From positions 39,928,001-39,992,000 of the forward strand of contig CM114271.1 of assembly GCA_050084515.1 (NCBI GenBank): DNA of 64,000 nucleotides. The letters are read 5' to 3'. Source of the DNA: Blasia pusilla (Eukaryota). Position 1 is the stretch's first letter. The number at the start of each line of letters is the position of its first letter. Made by a program: the position numbers and the translations under genes. The notes under the pieces are model-generated. The model did not search any database. It saw nothing but the letters and a program-made list of their open reading frames with translations, and was not told the DNA's origin. This document shows, one piece after another, positions 29,801-42,095 of this stretch.

Positions 29801-32800
29801 GGGAGATCTTGAAAGATAGAAGGGATCGAAATACCTTGCATCAAGATATAATTATGTCGCATCAATAGTATCCTCTCCTGATGTAGTATTTTCCAAGGTA
29901 TATGATATTGCATCAGATCTTTTGTACACATACTTATAAAAGTACTTTACTGCCAAGATGCTATTTGTTATCTCCAGATTGATATGACAATCAAATAAAG
30001 TACATAACATTGGATTGTATGGAACCGCCCAACGATTATCAAAGTCATGATTTGACTTATAATCAATCTGCCATTATCACGCCTGCATAAACACATATAG
30101 AAGTATGTTAATAGTTGGGGAAAATAGATAGCACACTAATAGAAGAACATTAAATGACAAAATAAACAACAAAACCAATGAATTACCTCTTATAAATAAC
30201 ATATCCATCCTCATTCTCCATTGTCATTGATACAAAGGGCATTGGGTATCCTTTGGAATATTTTATTGTCGTTTTATCCGTGCAAGGTGTAGTTGGATAT
30301 ACTACTCCACACCGACCATGAATCATACAACTTCTTACAGTAGAATGTAGCCTAGGATGAGTCATGGGATTCAGAATCTCAGCATATATAATATCGTCAA
30401 AATCAGAGGTTGTCCTTGGCTTATCCTTAGAAGCAAGAATAATTAGGATATGCACATGTGGTAGCCCTCTCTTTTGGAACTTGACCACATGAATGCATCC
30501 TACCACTTGACCCAAAATATGCTTATCCAATATAAGTCTCAAAAACTCCTTCTTTTGTTGGAAAACACGTACAACGAGGTCATGACGATCTGACGTTGAT
30601 TGCCCATGAAGCAGAGCAGAAGTAATCTCTGGCCATTTAGGATTGCAAGTTATAGTAAAAAAGTAGTCAAGCTTCCCAAAATGTCTCACAATGGCCATAG
30701 CATCATGGTATAATTGATGCATGTGACGGGATCCTCCTATGAAAGACGAAGGTAAGATAATACGTCTCCCTATGCCTTGACCGTTCACATCATCCTGAGT
30801 CATGGCATCTCTGACACCTTGGTATGAATCAACTCTCAACTCTTTTTGATGCAATCGTATCCAAGTTAGCCGTTGCATTTCGATAGTCGCATACATATCC
30901 ATCATACATTCTTGAGTAAGACGACCAAACCTCAACAACCGATTATTATCCATAGCGTTAGCTCGCATTTGAAGTATGAATGAAGCAAATTGTAAAGTTG
31001 TAATGGTCTTTGAACTCGCCTCATGAATGGTAACCTCACCTTGAATTTCTCCTTGTACAATATCATCTCTATCTTCATCCATCATAGCATCCCCTCTTAA
31101 CGGCAAATCATCTCTATGATCATGTTGCACTTGCAAAGGTATCCCAGGATGCCAACGTGCTTCATCATAAACAAAAGGAAAAACAAAGTGCAATGGGATA
31201 TATGCTTCATTCAAGTTTGACAGACGACGAATCCCTCCTCCATGTAAGCGAACAATAATATCACGTCCTTCTACTTGCTCACTCCCATCTCCAGGCAAGA
31301 TAGATACAATCTCTAAAGCAACAGCAAGGTGTATCGTTTTGCATCGAGACCTCGCTTACTACCCTTAAGAACAATATGAAAGTCAGAATTACATGGATCA
31401 ATAGCCACATTTCGAAATAAAGCCACATATGGATTATGGGCATGTAACATATCTCTGGCCTCAATTGATCCCGATAATCTCCACTCATAATCCTTCTTCT
31501 ATGCTCCATCTGATGCTCATCATCATGAATATAAATTTGAGCGAATTGTGGAGGAGCACCACTTTCAGCATGAAGAGGTCCAATAGAATCATATACACCA
31601 CCTTAAATCCTGAAGTTTCCTATACGGCCTCGTTGCTCTATCACATGTGCCCAAGTAGATGCCAATTGAAGAGCACTATTATAGGCACGTGCATTACACA
31701 AAAAATGAAGACTATTTGAACTCATACCAGAAAGTAATTTTGCTAACCGATGCGACGGTGATCATCAAGGAAGAATCGGAGTTTAAAGTGGAGACTATCT
31801 TGCGTTCAAGATAGAGGGCCAGCAAGTATGAATACTTGGTCCATAAAACATACTAAAAGCCGAGCTTATAAACCTAGTATATTTCACTCTCTCACACTTC
31901 CAATGTAGAGCATTGCAAGTCGGACAAACAACATTCATAAGTCCAACACTAAAACGACCAATCATACTATCAATACGATCTCCCAACCTAAGAATTCGAA
32001 TGTGATTCTCTTCAAAGTTAGGAATACGTGCAATATTGAGCAACTTTTTCAAGTTCACAACCCTTCTAGATACAACATTTGGAATCGAGGCATGTATATT
32101 GTCTTCATTTTCTTCCATGTGGTCTTCACGATTGGCTGCATTGGCATCGCTCCTTATCAACGGATCACAAATATATGCAATCTCATGTACTTCATCCAAA
32201 TGTGATCCCACATTTGGAATCGAGGCATGTACATTGTCTTCATTCACTTCCATGTGGCCTTCACGATTAGGTCCATTGGCATCATTCCTTATCAACGAAT
32301 CGCCAACATGTGCAATCTCATGTACTTCATCCAACTGAGCATGTCTTCTTCTTTGGCCCTCAGCTCGAGCAACTTGAAGCATGTGAGATAATCGTAGATG
32401 ATTGGTAGGAACTGGAAGACTGCAAGCAGAGGTTAAGAAATTAATATATATGATTATAATAAGAATAAAAATACATACAAACATATCTATATTAAATTTG
32501 AGTATATAGTTTAGAAATATACATTGGAGATGGTAAGACCACAATCCTAGAGTTTGGAATAGCTTCAACTTCATGATGTACCATAATTGGCCTGCAAAAA
32601 AAATTGTTATTAGAAATCATTCATAAAAATTTAAGACCAAGTAGGAAGCATCAATAATAAAAGTATGTAAAACATACCTTGTATTAGCTTGAGTATGAAA
32701 GTCATTAGTAGTCATAGCCTCGACTTCCTCTCTAGGAAAAAGATTAACAAACAATTGATAAACATTCGCTTGGGCCAAATTATTGTGCCTTCTTCTCTGG

Positions 32801-33662
32801 CCTTATGCTCATGCAACTTGAGAGCTATTATGTGTTGAGGGTTGACGGAAGTGGAAGACTAAGAAAAACAATATTAATAAAAATTAAGTCAAAATAATTA
32901 AAATTAAAATTAAAAAACCAAAAAAAAGAAATTAATGAGTGGATGAAACATACATTGAAGACGATGTAGTGTCTATTAAAGCATGAAGATTTTCATTGGA
33001 AGGTGTTGCTACTAACCTGAACAAAGAATAAAAAAAAGTCATAATACGAAAAAAAATTATATAACTATTATTATAATAAAAAGTAGAAATATTATACATA
33101 AATAAATACATTCTAGTATTTGCGTCTGGTGAGCCATCGATGATGGATGGTTGTAATTCTTCCATCGAAGGAACATTCACAACAGCTTCAATAGATCTCA
33201 ATTCAACTAATTTAGCATGTCTTCGCTTTTGTCCTTGAGCTCTCACAATTTGATGTATATCACCTAATCGTTGCGGGTTCGATGGATTTGGAAGTCTACA
33301 TCACAAACATGAAAGATATTAAAGTCACACAACAAATCTAGAGTGTGCACATATGGTTACGATATCATTCTATAATCATAATGCTAAGTATCCTTACATT
33401 GGAGATGACAAAGTTGTTGAATGAGTTATAAATCGCAAATCTCGAAGCGACCTTCTGTTTCTTTGAGAAGCAACCCTTCTAGCCTTCTTATATGCAAGCT
33501 TCTCTGTTTCCTCCGAGGTTGGCGGAAGTGGAAGATAGAAGATGGAGCACTACATGAAATGTGGTGATCATGCTCCACATTAGGTAAAGAGACTACATTG
33601 GTGATGTTTGCGAATGGTCTTTTCTCATTTCGTCTCAATGGTTCCTCTTCAGATTCATGCAT
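26850..33662 (-). mobile_element. Decayed autonomous-type Helitron Rep/PIF1 helicase gene with AT-rich introns
   Basis: Rep motifs YFFTITCNPKW, FQKRGLPHVHILI (HUH) and KYFYKYVYK (~29925-29950). Helicase motifs [33 protein letters not shown] and FSHGQLY. N-terminal CPTCNALHWKCE. Stops and frameshifts present; termini not firmly located. Confidence 0.93.
32075..32335 (-). repeat. Coding tandem duplication (~132 bp unit) in the Helitron N-terminal region
   Basis: LDEVHEIA...LIR.DAN..NRE.HME.NEDN.HASIPNV occurs twice in ORF 31795-32574. Confidence 0.85.
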
Positions 33663-33864
33663 CTTGTGACAATATCAACCATCCGACCAAAATATGTATT
33701 TTCAATATAAAAATAATAATAGAAAAAAAAGAAAATTTTGTAAAAAAAACTTATACTTAAGATTTGGTCCGTGAATATTATAATCTATATTAAAAAATAG
33801 ATTTACATGATTAGTTCCTTCACTCCCATGCATGGCATGGACTGCCCACTAATAAGATTAAAGC

Positions 33865-34862
33865 AAAAATAGTCTTGGTTGGTAGCTAGGGTAGTTGGGA
33901 TAGTTTGGAGGATCCAAAGTGAGTTGATTAGGATATTTTGGAGGAGATAACATCTAATGTTCTTGTGTCAAAATGGGATTGGTTAAGCCTTGAGAAGAAG
34001 CCATATGGCACAAGATAAGATTAGTCTTGTTTTGTATTCTTGTGGATCAATTGTGAGTATATAAAGAGGAAGGACCTTCAAGGGTTCATCACCTTTTATT
34101 TCATTCTTGAGTTTCTCGTGTCACTCTTGAATGGATGGAATTAGGCTTGTTTGCTCTTCTAATGAGAGTGGATTACCCCTTTGGGAATAGTAACTTGACC
34201 ATGGTCTATTCTTCGAGAGTTTTCTAGAGTCTAATATGTGTGGAGATGGTTATTTTGAGAGATTTGTCATCTTAGGGAAGTTTTGTTATACTAAGGATAG
34301 TTGATGGTTTTGGTTTGTTATTTTTTCCACCGAAAGTGAATTATCCTTCTTGGTAGAGCAACTCCGCCAAAACCCATTCTTGAGGAGAATAGAGAACGTC
34401 CGTAAATTATAGATATGGGTGGAGCACGAGTGGTACCCCATTTTCCTTTTCTTAACCTATATCACGTGAAGGTTCTCTTCGTAGATAGAGACTCGTTTAC
34501 TTGCTATATAGTCTATCACTTTTGGGAAGCATTTATTACCGAGGTTACGCAATCTCCAACTCCAATGATACTGTCTATTGTCACGTACGGAAGGACATGG
34601 GATTGTATTTTGTATGTCATTATATAACGATATGTTAATAGGTCTGCTTTAGTAGGGTTTAACACTAATTGTGCCATTTTTCTTGTGTAAAAGTGTGAAG
34701 TAGTTTACATGGACTTCATAATTATGAATTTTTGGGTTAGATGTTATGAAGAAGTGATCGCCTCGGCACTATCATTCCTGATTTCCTGTCGTGAGAGAAA
34801 GAAGAATGTATATATTAATTCTATACTGAAAAGTGTAACTTCTTAGAGAGTTCACCTTGCAT
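33865..34862. repeat. Dispersed ~1 kb non-coding repeat, copy 2
   Basis: Colinear with 16205-17215. Confidence 0.85.
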
Positions 34863-35458
34863 GAACGTATGCCGTAACTATAAGCTTCTCCCATACTCAA
34901 ATAAAATTTATTTTCATGACAACGGAGTTATAATTTCCAACGGCCAATGTGCGTAATCATATGTACGTATCTCAATGTCCTTTCAAACATCCAAATGTTA
35001 TGCCCAAAGCTCTTTCATACATCAATTTAGATAAATATGTGTATTTTCCCAAAACCATAATGACATTAATAGATGGTTGAATGGTAAGATCTAAATTCAT
35101 TCCATAGTGATGGCCGGATGGTTACATTTTTGCGCGCAATAATCTTATAGTTTCTAAAAGGGGTTGCGTTCTATGCAATCGGCGGTAAAAGGGTGGAGGA
35201 AAATTTGAACTACATAACCAAAATTCATGGGTTTAAATTATTATATAAACTTTTATTTTATTTTATATAAAAAAATCAAGCTTTTTTTTATGAGAAAAGA
35301 TAACTATTTTTAAAAATCAATTAATTAAAAAAATTATTCAATAGTAATATAAATATTTCCGTAGTTTAAATTTACTCATTTCAATTACAAGAATAGACGC
35401 TGAATCTCCTAATGTCTTTTCTGACTTTGTAAGTTACAACGAACGACACCTTACAACT

Positions 35459-36102
35459 TGTCCAGCGTATACACATCGCTACACAACATACATCACTCTC
35501 ACCAAAAATCCACACAAACACGCACGATCCCATGCTAACTCATGACATCCAAACAACGAGACAAGAAGTACCAAAATATTTCCAATTAAAATAAAGATCC
35601 AATCTCTCTCAATACCATAGCTCTCAAATGTGTGCACTCTCACATATCTCTCTCAATGTCAAACCAAACCCACTCTCCTAATGAGATGCTTGGGTTACAC
35701 ACACAAGGCAAGCAAGACTATAATTCCGCCGCCTTATGCCAAGAGGTTCAACAAAGAGAGAATGAGCTCTCAAGTTATCTCTCCTTGAGGTATAGCCCTC
35801 CCCTCTCCCAAACTCTCTCAATGGTAACCTATGCTCCCAAGTCGCCTCCTTGGCTCTTGACCTGATATAGGAGGTCAATGGCTACTTAATACAAATAGAA
35901 AATCGACCATATACTGAAAATGGTACTTACCTAAAATAGTAAGTTTATGAATATGGCTCCAAATAAGCCGAAACGAAGGGGAAACCTGCTCTCTCACGTT
36001 TCCCGGGGTCTTAGTAGGTCATCCTTAACTTCTTGAGTATGTCCTCCACTACTCGTGGAGGCGTTGTATTAGATCTCATTGATCTATTTTAAAAGACGTG
36101 AC
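35459..36102 (-). repeat. 3' LTR (~644 bp)
   Basis: TGTC...GACA ends; homologous to 41305-41784, 44414-44734, 13410-14000 and 7835-8352. Confidence 0.8.
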
Positions 36103-36422
36103 AGTTATCGTGCGCATACACATCGCTACACAACATACATTGTTGTCACCAAACACAAACACACACACACAAACACGCACGATCCCATGCTAACTCGTGG
36201 CATCCACACAACGAGACAACACGTACCAAAATATTTCCAATCGCCCCCCTAGGTGGTGGTTAAGTCCCTCTAACTCATGATAGCCATCTATCCCTACCTA
36301 CCATGACATACATCTCTCGAACGCTAAGAGCAAGAAGGCTGGGTGCTCATGTGGCCCCATCATTAGTCGCCTTCTTGTCATCCATATCACAGACACAAGT
36401 CGGAATGTAGAAGTACCTACGC

Positions 36423-36565
36423 TATGTACATCTGGGATACATCCATCTTCCCTGAGGAACCCTAGTGAGAGGTGGCGTCAAACATGCCATATGCCATCCT
36501 CTCGAACATCCATCACAGACTAGCATAGTGGCTGCACCGTGGGCAAAACCACACAACATACTTCA
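36423..36565 (-). pseudogene. PHD finger at the integrase C-terminus
   Basis: In frame after a single TGA: SMLCGFAHGAATMLVCDGCSRGWHMACLTPPLTRVPQGRWMYPRCT*, a C4HC3 pattern with two Cys degraded. Confidence 0.88.
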
Positions 36566-37740
36566 CAAGCCTACAAGAACTATTGCTAAGCTTGGATCAT
36601 TTGTATCGTCAATGTTTGAAAGATGACATGACGCACAATTACGCACATGGTCCTTCCAAACCATACCATCGCGTCCCTCCAATAAGAGAACACCGGATGG
36701 CAAAACCTTACGCACTCTCAAGATGGTGCGCCCTGCAATCACATCCAAGGTCGTGCGTGCCGTCTGCAAGTAAACATAGTCTTCTTGATGAGAACTCCGC
36801 ATAGTATGTCGATAACCACCTCCCTGAATAGTCGCATACCTCAATGTATCCCGATGTTGCGCAATTGCCAAGTTCTCAAACGCCATGGGCATCACTCTCC
36901 GAAACAACTCAGCCCTATGAGAATTTGTTCGCATCCATACATCAGGGTTATCAAGGTTCAACACCTCACCAACATCTCGATGAATGGTCGTAGGTAAATC
37001 AGACTCTCGGCCATACAAGAGCAAGTACGGTGAGAAAGACACTAAGGATGCATGCTTGCTGAATCTGTATCCCATCGCCAACCACGGCAACTGGAGGTCC
37101 CAATTCCCTAGGTGACCTCTCTGCAAGCCATACTTGCGTAGTCCTCTCTTCACCGTTTGCACAACCCGCTCCGCTAGTCCATCTGCCTCTGGATGATCTC
37201 GCGAAGTAGTGCGATGGTCAATCAATGCCTGATCACATAAGGCCTAAAACTCCTCGCGGAACTGTGTATCCTGGTCTGTCAACATCTTAGATGGTATGCC
37301 GTAATGACTCAACACCCGATCTGGGAAGGCATACGCTACTCCCTCACTCTATCCACTTCGATAAGTGCTCGACCATCACCAACACATAGCGACTATGGCG
37401 CTCCGTCAAAGGCAAATGTCCTGCAAAATCCAAACTCCATGTATAACCTAAACCCATGATTGGAAGTGGATGCAACTGTAGAGTTGGAGCATTGAATGAT
37501 GCTCGGACTCGATCACACACCATGCATCTTGCAACAAACTGCTGAACGTGAGTCTGCATGCCTCGCCACCAATATTGAATCTTGAGCAAGCTGTACATTT
37601 GCTTCACTCCAAAATGACCCAATTCCTCGTAGGCATGATGCACTAAATGTCCTCTTTGCAAAGGATGAGGCACTACGCGCACTCTATCATCCTTCCACAC
37701 TCACAACACATGTGTCTCCTACCACCAAAACCGTCTGGCT
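36566..37740 (-). pseudogene. Gypsy integrase (HHCC plus DDE)
   Basis: HAYEELGHFG...CMVC; WSLDFAG; LTDQ; DGLAER. Confidence 0.92.
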
Positions 37741-38039
37741 CGCTATAGGATCCGATCCCGCTCTCTAGCACCCACTATGCTCGCGATGCTGCCAGTACGC
37801 GGGTATTCCAAGACCACTCCATCGTCGTGAATGTCTCGGCCACCTGTCATCTCCTCACCGGCCTCTGGATCTAAGAACTCTCCATCAGACCTTGCCATCA
37901 AAGTCTCAGCAATCTGGCTCTCTATAGCCAACAAGCCCAAATAGGCTGACGCATGTCATCTTGGCACCAACTCTCATCACTCTCACCATACCAACGAGCT
38001 TGAGTTGCATCTCGCTGACTAGGGCATGAATTACGGCTC

Positions 38040-39400
38040 AAACCATATACATCTTGGTTGAGCATCTCAAATCGAAGCACCACCTAGAAGTCATACTCCT
38101 GCAAAAAAGAGCCCGCCTCGCAAGCTTCCGTGTAAGCTTGTCGGACTCCATCAACCACTTAAGTGGCTGATGATGAGTAATGATGGTAAAGGGATTGCCA
38201 AATAGATAACATCTAAAATGTGTGATAGCCCACACTGTAGTCAAGCACTTGCCCTCATACAAGCTATAAGTCGCCTCTGCACCGTTGTTCGAGCAACTAG
38301 TGTAAGCCACCATAAACTCTCTACCATCATCATCATGCTGGATGAGCACGGCTCTAAGCCCCAACATGGTCCAATCGATATGCAATTGGAAAGGACGCCC
38401 TCTGATTGGTCTCCTCAATATGAGGGTGAACGTCAATCTATCCTTGAGCATCTGAAATGCTCTCTCCTGCTCATCCCCCCAGTGCCACTCCTCATCCACC
38501 TTGGTCAGCTAGGTCAACGGCTTCGCAATCCAGTTGAAACCCTTGACGTACCGTCGATAGACGTTCACCAATCCCATGAATGCCCGAACTCGACTCACAT
38601 CTGTAGGGTGTGGAATATGTGAAATAGCCTCTACCTTTGTCTACTGCACACCAAGGCCCCTTGGATATATCGTATGACCAAAGTACTCAATGTGGTCGTT
38701 GAAGAACTTGCACTTGCCTCGATGTAGTTTCGGCCCATGTAACTACAATCGTCGAAACACCTCCTCTAGATGTCGCTCATGCTCCTCAACCGTGGCGCTA
38801 AAGACTACGATGTCATCAATATAATACCTAGCAAAATCCAGACCTGCCTAAGATCCTATCCATGACCCTCTGAAACTCAGCCGGGGCGTTCTTTAACCCA
38901 AATAGTAAGAACCGCCACAAGTACAAGCAATCCTTCCCGTGAGGATCGATGCCCCAAAATATCGTCTTCTTCATGTTCTCCAATCTGATAGGCAGTTGAT
39001 GGTATCCGGCTCAAATATCTAACAAATTGAAGACCTTTGCATGCCGAATACCATCAAAGATCTCCTCACGTGTAGGCATGGCATACCTATCGGATTTTGT
39101 CTCCCCATTGATAGGTCGATAATCTCCACACATCCGCCTATCCGTCTAGTTGCCATGCACATCCTTCTTGGCGGGCATGATAGTGGCAGATGCGTACTCC
39201 CCATGCGACATCTCCTCTAGTCCTCCTCCGACCAAGTCCTGGCTCCCACTCTGAATCAGAGCCCTCTCCATGTCACTATACTTGTAGTATTGTCGGAAGA
39301 TCGGCGTGTCACTCAACAACTCAATGCGGATCCATGGACCCTTCAACGTACCCAAATGATGCATACTAAATTCAAAACAGCTCCTATAACTCGTAAGAAA
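38040..39400 (-). pseudogene. Reverse transcriptase and RNase H
   Basis: FGLKNAP and YYIDDIVVF (~38803-38826), IEYFGH; RNase H PFQLHID..., YEGKCL and HQPLKWL. Stops and frameshifts present. Confidence 0.93.
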
Positions 39401-39814
39401 TTGGTGTATCCGGCACCGCTCTCCTCCTATCAACTTAGGGTCCATATCTAGCTCCCAAGTCTCCATCGTCACTATGGTAGGACTCTGCGGCGCGGGTGTT
39501 GGTGGTTGCTATGGTGCAACTCCGTCTCGAACAATAAACTTGACTGCTCCCCTGCATCCAACTGCAAAATCGGATCTCCATGTGCAGTACCCGGAACCAC
39601 GCTTGATGTAGTGGCTACCATCTCCTGGCGTACCTGCAAAACATCCCAAGAAGTCCAAGGGTGTCTCTCCCGATCATCCTTGGTGTGTCGATCTCCTCGG
39701 GTCTTGCCCCCAGCCACTGCCTCAACCGTCTCGGTAGGCATGGGATTTACCAACACAACTATTGTGATCTGTCGCATTCTCAAACGACGCTGCTCAGCTA
39801 CTTATAAGTTGAAA

Positions 39815-40770
39815 ATCCACCTCAAGTAGTTCAGGTCCATCGCTTGACCCAAGACATGACATTGTGATGCCTCTGATAGTGACGGTACTACCATCACTCC
39901 TGTGGGGAATCCCATCGCTTGCTCTCGCTCATCGGCGTTGGGCTCCACCAACATGTGTACGTGGTCATCCTAAACCAAGCCAAGTCCGGCCTCCTTGAAT
40001 CAATAGGAATGCATGCATGCATGAAACTCACCAATGTGGGAAAGGCTGCCCGTGGCATGCCAATCTGGTTGACCACAGTCAACGAGGTCGATCATCTAGC
40101 CCCACTGACTGTGATCGACGACCCGGATCGAATATAGAATCCACCAACAAATCGGAGGGGCGGTCTACTCTCGCATATGCCCTCTGTAACACCTTATATG
40201 GTACCAAGTTGGTCCACTAAAGACGCGCGCGATGTGCTCGTGAACCCACACTCGTTGCATCCAAAAAAATTGTCGGCCCATCCATGCGTGCACCTGATGT
40301 GCACTCGTCACCACACGGGACCTCGAATCGCCCAAAATCAGTACATTCTCCAGAATTTATGTTGGAGGACGAGACTCATGCTCCAACAAGTGTCACAAGA
40401 TCCGCATCATCTCCCAAAACAACATGGACCTAGACTCAGCTAATCTGCTACCCCGTCCAACACTTGACTGGCCCTAACATGGCCAACTATCAATGACCAA
40501 GTCTATGGTCCCTACCGGCTCCAAGTCCTACGCCCCCAACAATGAAATGTCCCTCGGTAAGGAACCCTGGTAATCGTGAATGGCGGACGCATATAACAAG
40601 TCAAAAAAACATACGCATAACTATACCACATGGTGAAGTGAAGCGCGCCTCGCAACATCATCAATCTCCATATACATGTACTGGTGCACGTGCACTCCAG
40701 CGTACAAAACAACACATAACCAAATGCTGATCCCTCCGAAGAGTTCCAACACCCAAATACCCTCCTCTTG
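39815..40770 (-). pseudogene. DNMT3-like cytosine-5 DNA methyltransferase domain inside Gypsy pol
   Basis: Motifs in order: VLELFGGIS (I), YMEIDD (II), IDLVIDSWPC*G (IV; Cys codon 40477-40479), ILENV (VI; ENV 40342-40350), DATSVGSRAHRARL*WTNL (VIII), EPNADEREQAMGFP (IX), VLGQAMD (X). Confidence 0.9.
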
Positions 40771-41030
40771 GATGCACCACACAATCAGGGTGGTGTCCAA
40801 AGGGATCACAACAGCACTCCTGCCTACCTTGGGTTCCTCTAACCCATCACACTCTGGTGCAAACGTCTCACTCTACGCGGTCTCCACATGCCTAGTGGCT
40901 AAGCGTCAAAGCTCCTCAGTCAAGCCCAAAAGTGGCACCTCTCCTCCACGGACTGATGCGGCTACCATGACACTCCTCTCCATGGAAATGTCAGGAATGG
41001 GAGTATCCTCTGCATGGACATGTCCCTCAA

Positions 41031-41304
41031 TCAAATCACTAGGCAAGTGATGGCACTGCTAAATGCTGTTAAGGTTGCCATCTCTCGTGGCCGTCGCTCG
41101 ATCACTACACATGTGAATCGAATGGGTAATGAGGTAAGGCATCCATCACTTGACTGCCATCCTAGTCTGTAGGACGTTGACTTCTCCCAGTAATCCAGCG
41201 AACACCCCATCGGGTATAACACTGCTCCACCAACCAAGACCTCGTAGGACTCTTCATCAATCATTATCACCTTGGTTCGCACCACAGACTTGTTGTGCAT
41301 AGAC
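41031..41304 (-). pseudogene. Probable C-terminal part of the retrotransposon aspartic protease
   Basis: YEVLVGGAVLYPMG resembles the protease C-terminal motif and sits in the expected position. The catalytic DxG part and gag are missing. Confidence 0.5.
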
Positions 41305-41784
41305 ACGTCGCTACACAACATACATCGCTGTCATCGAACACACACACAAACATACACGATCCCATGCTTACTCATGGCATCCATACACAGAGGCGAGAAG
41401 TACCAAAATATCTCCAATTAAAGTAAGATCTAATCTCTCTCTACACCATCTCACACCATAGCTCTCAAAGATGTGCACTCTCTCTCATGTAAAACCAAAC
41501 CCACTCTCCTAATGAGAGGCTTGGATTACACTCACAAGGTTAGGGACCATAGCTCCGCCGCCTTATGCCAAGAGGTTCAACAAAGAGAGAATGAGCTCTC
41601 AAGCTCTCTCTCTTGGAGGTATACCCTCTTCCCTCTTCCAAGCCCTCTCAACGGTAATCTATGCTCGTAGGTCATCTCCTTGGCTCTTGACCTGCTGTAG
41701 CGGGTCAAGGGCCACTTACCAAAGTGGAAAGTCAAATATCCCCAATATGGGAATTTACCAAAAATAGTAAGTTTCTCCATATGG
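41305..41784 (-). repeat. Internal truncated LTR copy
   Basis: Colinear with ~35470-35955. Confidence 0.85.
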
Positions 41785-41786
41785 AA

Positions 41787-42095
41787 TTACATGGGCCGAA
41801 GCTACATCGAGGCAAGTGCAAGTTCTTCAACGACCACATTGAGTACTTTGGTCATACGATATATCCAAGGGGCCTTGGTGTGCAGTAGACAAAGGTAGAG
41901 GCTATTTCACATATTCCACACCCTACAGATGTGAGTCGAGTTCGTGCATTCATGGGATTGGTGAACGTCTATCGACGGTACGTCAAGGGTTTCAACTGGA
42001 TTGCGAAGCCGTTGACCTAGCTGACCAAGGTGGATGAGGAGTGGCATTGGGGGGATGAGCAGGAGAGAGCATTTCAGATGCTCAAGGATAGATTG
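41787..42095 (+). repeat. 309-bp inverted near-identical copy of 38434-38742 (RT segment)
   Basis: Reverse-complement match with about three substitutions; shares the same premature stops. Confidence 0.92.
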
